From assembly GCA_965226495.1 (NCBI GenBank), contig OZ245365.1, positions 224,001 through 288,000 of the forward strand: DNA of 64,000 nucleotides. The letters run 5' to 3'. The DNA is from Candidatus Marinacidobacterales bacterium (GTDB lineage Bacteria; Acidobacteriota; Vicinamibacteria; Marinacidobacterales; DATDRI01). The notes beneath the pieces were generated by a model. That model searched no databases, was not told the DNA's origin, and saw nothing but the letters and a program-made list of their open reading frames with translations. Below, one piece after another: positions 1-10,800 of the stretch. Numbering within the stretch: position 1 is the stretch's first letter; each line of letters starts with the position of its first letter. Both the position numbers and the translations under genes were made by a program.

Positions 1-1840
1 TGGGCATGGGGCCCGTGGTGTCGAGGAGCAAAGAACTACCCGTGAGTCCTGTGACCTCGGCAACTCCGGACTGACCAAAGCTTCCTCGGAGCTGTCCGGA
101 GTCGGCGACTAACTGGCTCGGGTACGTGACTTCGAACCGGTTGAGCATGATGCGGGAGTAAGCGGCCCCGGTATCTCCGACGTTTTCGAGCTCGAGCGTG
201 TTCTGACCTTCTAAGAGAGCCCCGGGAAGCAACGAGAGGTCGCTCAGCCAAGGTAACTCGCCCTCGAGTGTGAAGTCGTCTAGCAACATGCCGTTGAGGT
301 AGATGCGGACATGATGGTCGGGGTCGGTGGGTAAGTCGGTGGTTCCCTGAATCCATACCTTGAGAGAACCGCTCTCGGAGGTGGGAGCAAGGTTCTCTAC
401 ATAGAAAGAATAGGCCTTGGTGACGGGAGCCAATAGAAAATCCCATAGCCAGACATCGGGTGCGGTAGTGAGCCTGCCTTGGAAGAGATGGTTCTCTTCG
501 AGCTTCAATGTCTTCCAGTAGTGCCCGACCTGTAAGCCTGAAGGAGAAGCAGAGCCTAGCTCCATCCTCTGGCCACCGCCTGAGACGGAGAGAACATAGA
601 CGGCTTCCCGTCCGTAGGGATTGAGCTCTTCGCCGCCACTGAGGAAGTACAGCCGGGAGCCGCGCTTGAACTGTTTCTTATTGGGGTGGACGGTGAAAGC
701 AACGGGCTCGCCCTGGTAGGTGAGGTTGAGCGTCTTGGTCTTGATGCCCTTACGACGACTGCCGAAGAGGGATTGGTAGGAAACGCCGTAGAGTCCGGAG
801 TCGTGGGTGACGAGGTTAGCGACGACGTTTCCGGAGCCGGCATTCTTCTTTCGTCGCTTGCGTCCCCGGGAGCCGCCCAAAGACTTTTCTCCGGGTACTT
901 TTCCTTTGAACTTGACCTTGACGATGAGGCGTCGTGCGAGGAGAAGCTGTCCGGTGGAACGGTCCCACCGCAGTGGGGAAAGCTCCAAGAAGGCCTTTTT
1001 GACGTCACCCTGGAAGGCGATGCTGACGATATGAACTGGACTCTCGGGATAAAGCCCCTGACCGCGGAAGGCCTTCCCTGGTTGTTGAGCAGAGCTGGCG
1101 AGGCTGACGGTGCCATCGGGCAGCATGACGGGTTCGAGCAGCTCGGCGGAAGTGGGTCTCAAGGAAAACGCTTCGACGCTTTTTGCTTTGACGGACTTGA
1201 TCTTGACCTGTTTGCCGACCACGGCCTGTAGCCAGGTGCGCTTGACGGGAATAGCGGGAGTCCCGGGTTCCCAGTCTTCGAGGAAACCTGGTATGGACAA
1301 GCGCACCGAGCCGTCATCTTGGGGCTCGGCATAGAAGCCTCCGGTGATGAGCTCGAGGGTGACTTGACGGCGGGAGCGTTTCACTACCCGCAAGATGGTC
1401 TGTTCGGGATTCCCGTAGGTGATACCGTGCTCGTCGGAAGAAGAGGAGCCATCATCATCCTCGCCAACATCTTCAGTAGGTGAGTCGAAACTGGCGCCTG
1501 CGAGGGGAGTGGCATAAACGGGGCCATGTCGCTCACGCACTCCGTTGGACTCCAAGTCTTCGAGCTCGTAGAAATAGGATTGCCCGTTGACCAAACCGGA
1601 GTCGACGTAACGGTAGCTGGCACCGAGCGGAGAAGACCCAAGCCCCGGAACCATGCTCGGGTTCACGAGCTGGTAGGGGCCGGATTCCGACGCCGCTCGG
1701 TAGAGGTAGAAACCCACGTTGTCGACTTCCGAGCCCGTTTCCCATCGGAGCTCTATCGCGCTATCTCCACCCTGCGCTTCGAACGTTAGGAGCTCGACCG
1801 CCGTGGTCGCCGCGATCTGGTCGGCCCCAATGTCCCAAGG
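1..1840. repeat. Copy 1 of a ~1.8 kb (visible part) near-identical duplication encoding the shared C-terminal cassette of the two giant proteins
   Basis: Long identical DNA runs with 14736-16569. The offset is 14735, changing to 14729 across the acidic linker; the shadow ORFs at 686 and 15421 are almost identical. Confidence 0.95.
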
Positions 1841-4800
1841 TGCGGTGCGGGCGCCGCCGTCGATGTCGGCGATGAAACTTCCGCTCAAATCGAGGCCGTT
1901 GTTTTGGGCATCGTTTTCCGCCGGATTGTTTTGAAGATGGAAATTCTCTGTTCCCGCCCCGAGGCTCTGGAAAATCACCCAACCGTTACGCGGCGCCGGG
2001 CCGGGATTGAGAATGTCCGTGGCATCGCGGTCCGGGAAGCAAATCCCACAGGAGGCCGACGCGTCCCCGGAGATGTTGTTATCCTGCGTCAACGAACCGG
2101 AAGTGACAGAGAAATCCACTCCACCATTGATGGAGATGGTGTTCCGCACCGTGACGTCGGAGGCGTCGGCGAAGATCCCGTCCCCACCGTTTCCTATGAC
2201 GGTGGAGCTGTCGACCGTCAGGAGGTCTCCCGCGTCGTCGGCTTCGATGCCAGAGTCGTCGTTGTTGTAGACGATGGAATTTTGCACGATCACCGATTTG
2301 CTCCCGGTACCCGATAATCTGATGCCGTTGCTGCTATCGTGAACGAGTAGGAACCGGAGGAGGACGTTGGTGGCGGGTCGAACCTTCACACCGCCGTCGC
2401 CGGTCGCTCCGCGGACATTCTGGATCTCCAACCACTCGACGGTGACGTTGTCGTTATCGATCACGACTTCGTCTTCCGAATTCGGGGCGGTCGCGGAGTC
2501 CAAGACAACGCCCGTCCCTGCTATTCCGTAGTGGCGGTTGTTGGCTTCGACGGTGAGCGTAATGTCGTGATCGGGGGACGTCGTGGAACCCTCGATAACG
2601 ACACCCCGCGTGAAGACCGAGTCGTCATAGGCAATCCCGACTTCCTTACGATTCTCGAAGACGAGATCGCTGCCAGCGACTGGGAAGTACGTGCAGCCAC
2701 CCGCGCCGGAAATGCAGTCTTCCCACTCTTGGAGCGTGTCGAATTGCCGCGAAATCGTGTAGCCTCCGGTGAAATTGCCGACCACCGGCGTGGTCAAGGT
2801 CAACTCAGTCTCGGAATCAACCGAGAAGATGGTGTAGTCGGTCCCGTTGATGTCGATCCGGTCCCCGCGCCCACGGTTCGCGGTTTGCCAACTCGTTCCC
2901 GTCCCCGTCACCGTGAAGGATCCGTCGAACGCATCGATGCTGCCGGCGTTGTAGTCGGCCGCGGTTCCGATCGATCGGTAGTTCACGGTGCGAGTTTCGT
3001 CGGCGCCCATCTCCCACCCGGCGCCGGTTCCTCTCGCTTGCCGATCGATATCATCCAGGACAGACCCCAACGGGGTTCCGACGCTGATGGCGGTGGAGGT
3101 CGGTATCAGATGCAGGTCCCAGTTGTTCTCGTCACCCGCGGTGATGTTGACGAACTGGTCGGCCGCGATCTGGTTGATCAACGAGGCCGGGCCAGGGGCC
3201 GTTCCGTCCTCAGACATGTTGTTGGAAAAGGAACCACCTCCCGAGACATCGAAATCGAGGCCGTTCCCCATCGAGATGGTGTTCGAAATGAACAGGGAAG
3301 AACCCAGGTCTTGGTGTATCCCCGACTGACAACCGTAAACGGTCGTATTCTCCACCGTGACCGTGTCGTCTGCTTGGTCGCCCTGAATGCAACGGTCCTG
3401 GCCGTCGTAGATGATGGAGTTCCGGACCGCGAGGCTGTAGAAGTCCGCGGCGCCGCTGTCGGCGATAGAGATCCCGTCGTTGGTGGGGTTTGCTGCGTCG
3501 TCGAAGTCATGGACGAGGACATGACTGATTTCGACTTCTTGCGCTCCCACCGTGATGACGTACCCGCTGGGCAAAACACCCTTGACACCCGTGACCTCGA
3601 ACCAGTGTAAACGCGTGAAGTCCTCGAAGATTTCTATAACGCCGCCGGGGCCGCCACCGCTGTCTATCACTACGCCGGTCCCCGCCGTTCCACTATGTTG
3701 CTGCGTATTACCGCTGACGACTTGTGAGGCGTCCGCTACTGTCAACGTGATGAAGTGCGTTGCGTCCGTGGTGTAGCCGTTGATCGCAACGCCGGAAACG
3801 AAAGGCGTGTCGTTGTAGGCCACCCACGTGAGGTTCGCGCCCGCTGCGAGGAGGTCGAAGTTATTCAGATGATTTACGTCGCCGGAACCAACGGCCGCTG
3901 CACCTAGGTCGTTAAAGGCACGCATGATGGAGACGACGGTAGCGGTGCCGACATCGCCAGGGACACCGCCGTTCGCGGCGTGCACGACGAACTGAGTGGG
4001 GCTCAGTACGGTCTTGATGTAGACCTTCGGCCCACCAAAGTCGATCTCGTCGCCCACCCCGATGTCACCGGTTTGGGGAACGGTGAAGGTCGCAGTGCCG
4101 TTGGTGATGGAGATGTCAGAAGCGGTCAAGAAGTCACTCGTATCCGTGCCCACAGAGTAAAAGACGTCACCACCCATCACGCTATCCTGCGTATGGACGG
4201 CATCCGGGACGCTACCGGACCGGTTCACGCCTACCTCGACGTCATCGAGGTCGCCGATACCCATGGAAAACGTCGTCGTATCGCCCGGCACGAGGTTGGC
4301 GACGGTGACCCCCACCAAGTAGTTGGTTCCCGTGACTCCCGGATCCTCGAGGATGGCGCCAAAATCGAGGACACCGCCCGAGGGGGTTACGGCTCCTTGA
4401 AGCAGTGTGTCGGTGCCGCCGTCGATCACGCCGTTATTGTTCTCGTCTCGCCATAGCTCGCCCGCCGTCACGTCGCCGTCGACCACCCCGCTCCCGGTGG
4501 AGAAGTGAACTTGGACGCCGTCCACGGTGACCGTGCCGCTTCGCGTGAGCTTGAAGCCGAAGAGCTCTGTCGTCACCGGAGTCGTGGTGCTGAATTGATC
4601 GGGAATCTGTCCCAGGTCGTGGTCCGCTAGAATGAGCGAGGCGGGGCCGGCGACGCTCGCCGCCGCATAGACCGAATAAACCGGAAGCGGCGCCCCGCCG
4701 TTCGCGTCATACAGGCGGAAGCAGTAGTCACCCAAATCCGTGGCGTTTGCCGTGGCGTTGATGGCAAACTCGATTTCAGTAAACTCGTCGCTATCCAAGT

Positions 4801-7800
4801 TGATGCCGCCCGTCGTGTTGCCGGCGTCTTTCACTTCCCCCGTGACGAACGTCGACGCGGCGTCGGTGAGTCCGGGGGCGACGTTCGTGGTGGGTTCCCC
4901 ATCGGTTACGAAACTGGAGCCGTCCACCCGCCAGTGGCCACTGTTATCGGTCGGTACCGGGGAGTAGGCGCCGAGACTACAGCTCGCGGTTTCTGCGACT
5001 TGGAGCTGATAGGTGAGCGGGCCGGAGCTCGTGCCTCCTCCATTCGCCACCTGGAAGCGGAGTCGTCGGATCGGTCCCTTGGTGACGCCGGTCAGCTTGG
5101 TGTTCTCCGGGGCCGCCCAAGTGGCCGCGACTTCGTTGCCGTCGTCGTTTCGCCAGCGATAGCGAACCTGCGTGAGCTCCTGGGGAATTGCGGCGACCTC
5201 GTCGGCGCCAATGTCCCACGAGCTACGCAATCCGTCATCGATATCGACCGTGAAAATAGCACTCAAGTTGAAGGCAACACCTTCAGCGGCACTACCCGGA
5301 TTGATGTGAAGGTTGCCAGCCGGCGCGTTGACGAAGCTGACCGCAACCAGAGGTACGTTGATCCCGCCTCCCGACGGGCTATGCAAGATCCCGCTCGGGT
5401 CACTGGCGAGGTTGTCACTGCTGCTCGGGTCCAAATTCGGAACGTCGAAATCATTTCCTCCGGCCGTGGTGTGGGCGATGTTGTTCTGAAGGAGCACGAC
5501 CGCGGATCCACCTAAGCTCGTGATGCCCCCGGTACCAGAACTGTTGTGCACGGTATTGTTCAGAATCCGCACCTGCGCAGTTGCGGCGAGCGTATTGTCC
5601 ACGCGAATGCCCCGGCCGGCGTTATAGATGATGTTGTTATAGATATCGGTAACCGCATCGGCGTCATTGGTCGTGATCCCGGCACGGGGCATGTCATGGA
5701 CCAGCAGGTTGCGAACAACCACGTAATTGAAAATCGCTTGATTTCTAACGTGGATGCCGTCCGCGTTCGGATCGCCGCCCCCGAAGATCTCGAGCCATTC
5801 GACGGTCACGAAATCGTCTCTCACGCCGATGGCATCGACGAGGTTGAAGGTGTTATCGAAGACCACGCCGCGGCCGGGAATCCCGTAGTGTCGGTTCGGG
5901 CCGTCCGCGGTGAGTGTGATGCTGTGGACAGGATCGGTGATAGAGCCGTCGATGATGACGGGAGCATTGAAGGGACTGTCGGCGTACATAATGCCGATCT
6001 CTTTGCGTCCCTCGGCGACCAGATTTCCGGATGCGACGGGAAAGTAAACGCAACCGCCTCCACCGGAGATGCAGGTCTCCCACTGCGGGAGCGTACCGAA
6101 TTGCCGCGAGATTGTGTACGTGCCCGAGAAGTTCCCCGCGACCGGCGTGGTCAGGGTTAGCTGGGTTTCCGAGTCGACCGAAAGGATCGTGTAGTCCATG
6201 TTGTTGATATCGATACGGTCGCCGCGGCCGCGGTTGGCCGTTTGCCAGTTGGTCCCGGTCCCCGTCACAACAGACGAGCCGTCTGTTGCAGTGATGGTAC
6301 CGGCGACGTAGTCGGGGGCATCTCCGATAGAGCGGAGGTTCTCGGTGGCGACCACCTCGTCGGCGCCCATATCCCAAAACCCTAGGCGGGCTTGGTCGTC
6401 GACGTCGTTCGGGAAGGTCGGCGTCAGGTCGGTGCCGGCGTTGATGGCGTTGGCAGTCGCCGCAAGGTGCAGGTCCTCGAAACCGTCGGCGGCATTTTTG
6501 AACTCTAGGGCATTCTCGCCGGTGATCGAGGTCGTCCCCGGTGGGTTGTCCAACGCACTCGCGTCCGAGGACATGTTGAATTGGAAAGTCGCATTGGCTG
6601 GCGGTGTCGGAGGCGTATGACAAGTCTCGGCTCCCAGGATCCCGGTGTAGGCGCAGTAATCCTGAAAAAACCCGGAGCCCGCCGTTGTGACGCCGATGAC
6701 GATGTTGTTCCTGACGTTCCGTTCCGATGTGTCGGGGACCACGATCCCGTAGACGTTGGTAGACGAAGTGGCTTGACTATTTCGGACGTTGTAAAGGGTA
6801 TTGTTGTAGATGAAAGTGTTGAAGGCACCAACATTTTCGTCGACGATGCCGTAGACGGTTCCAGCGTCGTTGGAGGAGACGATATCGTAGACGAAATTGT
6901 TGTAAACATAGACCGGATTGGCCTGACGAATGCCGATTCCCCTTGCGAAACCCGTGGTCCCTTCGACGTCGTGGACGATCAATTGGCGGAGAGTGACATC
7001 GGTAACAGGTCCGTCGATACGAATGCCATAACCGCGGTCCAAGCTGCTGTCCCTGTCGCCATCGATCTCGAGCCATTCCACCGTGGTGTAATCGTCGGAG
7101 ACAATGAGAAGAGGACCGTTGCTTCCCGTTGCGATCACCCGGGCTCCGGTTCCCGCGATACCGACGTGACGTTGGCTCACGCCGCTTGCCACATCGGAGG
7201 CGCTGGCCACGGTCAACGTCAGTGTGTGCGTGGCATCGGTTATGTAGCCGTCCACGACCACTTGCGTGGCCATGTTGAACGGAAAGCTGTCGTTGTAACA
7301 GACCCACGTGAGGTTGGCGCCGGCACCGGTGCCAGTTAGATCGAACGTCGTCAGATGGGCTGCATCTCCGGAGTTGGCTTCCGCGTCGAATAGTGTATTG
7401 AAGGCGCGTCGGATGGCATTGACACCAAGGCCATTTACATTTATGGGTGCGGCGCCCGTCGCGGTGTGGACGACGAACTCAGTCTGGCTGATGACGGATT
7501 TGATGTAGGCCTTGGTGTTCCCGATGTCGTAATCGATTTCGTCTCCCACCCCGATGTTGCCAGTTTGGGCCGAGGTTAGGGTCGCGGTGCCGTTGGCGAT
7601 GGTGATGCTCGGCGTACCGGTCTTTAGATCGGCGGTCTCCGTACCCACCGAGTAAAACACGTCTCCGCCGGTCACCGGGTCTTGGGTGTGCGTTGCGTCG
7701 GAGGTCGAGCCGGACTCGACGACCCCTGACTCAACCACATCGATGTCGCTCAGGCCGAGGTAAAAGGTGGTTGTGTCGCCTACCGCAAGGTTGGCGACGG

Positions 7801-10800
7801 TGGCGCGCACGAGGTAGTTCGTGCCTACAGTCGGATCTTCGCTAAGGGAGTTGAAGGCGAGGACGCCGCCGGTGGGAGACACGCCGCCCTGGACAAGAAT
7901 ATCGCCGCCGTCTATGACACCGTCGTTGTTCGCGTCGCGATAGAGCTCACCGCTCGAAACGTCGCCGCTGACTACACCCCCGCCGGTCGTGAAGTTGACT
8001 CGAATGTTGGCGACGGTGACCGGGCCGGTGCGGCTGAGGTTGAAGCGAAATAGTACATCGGTAACGGGTGTCGTTGTCGTGAATCGGTCTCCAATCTGAC
8101 CGGTGCCGTGGTCGGCCAAGGTCAGGGATGCACCGCCGGCTACCGCGAGCTGGACTTGCGCGAACACCGTGTAAGTGTCCAGCACTTGAGAGTTGGTGGC
8201 ATCGTAAAGACGGAAGCAGTAATCGCCGCCGTCGGTGGCGTTCGTGGTTGCCTGCACTGAGAATTCAATTTCAGAAAACTCATCGGGTGCAAGTGTGATG
8301 CCACCGGTCGTGTTGCCGAGGTCCTTGAGCTCACCGGCAACGAAGGTGGTCGCCTCGTTGGTGAGCCCCGGGCTAATGTCCGACGTCGGTTGGCCATCGG
8401 TGACGAAGGTCGAGTCGATCACTTGCCAGTGGTCGGCAGAGCCGGTGGGGACGGTGGTGTAGGTGCCGCCGCTGCACACGGTGGTCTCCGCAACCTGAAG
8501 CTCGTAGTTCACAGCTCCAGAACCGCCCCCGCCCTCATTCGAGACCTCCAAGCGGACCCGTTTGATGGTGTTCTTGGCGAGACCGGTTAACCTAGTGTCT
8601 TCGGCAGCCGCAAATGTCGCGCCACTTCCACTCCCGAGGTTCTGCACAACGAGGGTACGTTGGTGCATGGTAGCGTTGCCACCGGTGGTTCTCCAGCGCA
8701 CGTCGATCGTATCGCTGGCTCCCACCCCGATGACATACGCATGCGTGGCAATCGGGAAGGAGGTGGCAGCAATAGAGTCTTCGGTGAATATTTGTCGCGG
8801 CGTATGGGGTAGCTGAACACCGTTGACGTAGATCGAAACGTACTGGGTTGTGTTAACTAGATCGCCTTCCATCGAACCGCTGAACCACACGAGATACTGA
8901 CCCGCGCCCGGAGTCAGTGTCATGCCCGGGACGAGAACATCGCTGGTCGCCGACGTCGTGTCGTCGCCAGTGGCGGTTGCCTGAAAGACGTCGACGGGGT
9001 TTATTTTTTGCACGACCAGCGTTCGCTCGTGCATAGTGGCCGTGCCACCCGTCGTTCGCCAACGGATATCGATGGACTCGCCTGCTCCCAGCCCGAGGAT
9101 TCGCGCGTGCGTCGCGACCGAGAAGGATGTATCGGGTATAGACGCTTCCGTGAAGATCTCCCGCTCGCTGTCGGCGATCTGCGTTCCGTTTTGATAAATC
9201 GAGACGAATTGTCGGGTGCTGGCGGTGTCGCTTTCCACCGACCCGCTGAACCAGACGAGGTAGTCGCCGGCGCCCGGTGTGATGGACATGCCGGAGACCG
9301 GCACGTCGGCGCCGCTCGTCGTCGCGGTGTCTAGTACGACGGCCGCCTGGGACGTGTCCGCTACATTGACAGGCTCGACCACCAACGTACGTTCGTGCAT
9401 CGTCGCGGTACCGGCATCCGTTCTCCAGCGGATGTCGATGGTCTGGCCGGCGGTCACTCCAGTGAGCCTCGCATGCAAGGCCACGAGGAAAGACGTGTTG
9501 GGAACGGAGCTATCGGTTGTGATCTCCCGCTCAGTATGTCCGACCCGTGCTCCATCGAGATAAAGGGAGACGTGTTGCGTGCTGGCTGCGGTGCTCTCGA
9601 CGGACCCGCTAAACCAGACGAGGTAGTCACCGGGACCAGGCGTCAACGTCATGCCCGACACCACCACGTCGGTACCACTGGTGGTCATCGTATCCGCCGT
9701 CGCACCGGCCTGGATCGCACCGCCACCGGTTGGCTCACCGCCATCATCGTTCCGCCATCGGTAATGGATCTGGGTCAGGTCGGGCGTCGAAAGCGTGGTG
9801 GTGCCAGAAATCTCGACCGAAGTAGCCGGACCGACGCTGGCCGAGGTCGCGACGACGTCCGTGGACGGGTCCCCGATGCCGATCTCGACCGTTTCTCCAT
9901 CGACTGCTGCGGGACCGACGTCGAAGACCACGTACACCACCATCGAGGCAAGGGTGCTGATCGCCACCGAGCCGGTAAAACTCGACGTCCCGTTGGCGGC
10001 GCTGAAACCATCCGTGTCGGTCACACCAAACTGAGCTTCCGTCCCGGTGTAACTTTGGCTCGCACCGTCAAAGGGAGCCGTCGTGTCGAGCTCGTAGAAG
10101 AGCTTGATGTTACTCAGATTATTGAGGGCATCGACGGTGCCGGATTCGGCGATCGTGATATCCGTGATGTTGTGGGAGCCGGTGTTGTCGGTAATGACGA
10201 ACTTGCCGCCCACGTATTGGTCGGTACTGGGGATCGGCATGACAACGGTCTGCGTGCCCGATGCGCCGACGAAGATATCGTCGCCGGCCAATTGGGCTTC
10301 CGCGTAGACCGTGTAGGTATCGAGAACCTGGTTGTTGATGTCGTCGTAGAGACGGAAACAATAATCACCGCCACCGGTGGCGTTGGCTGTTGCCTGAATG
10401 GAAAATTCGACTTCCGTGAACTCGGCGCCGTCAAGCAGCAAGCTTCCGGTCGCGTTGCTCGTATCCTTGAGCTCTCCGGCGACGAAGTTCAAGGCTTCGT
10501 CCGTCAGGCCCGGACTGATGTTCGCGGTCGGTTCACCATCGGTGATGAATGAGGAATCGATGATCTGCCAATGCCCGCCGCTGCCGATGGGGACACTGGT
10601 GTAGGTTCCCGCGGCACAGGTCGCCGTCTCGGCTACCTGAAGCTCGAGGCTGACCGGCCCCGGGGCCGGGCCCCCTTCGTTTGAAACTTCGAGTCGAACT
10701 CGCCGTATGGTGTTCTTGGAGAGGCCAACGAGCTTGGTGTCCTCTGCGAGGGGAAACGTCGCCGCGGCACCGGTGGCGTATTCGATGTGAAGAAGCGGAG

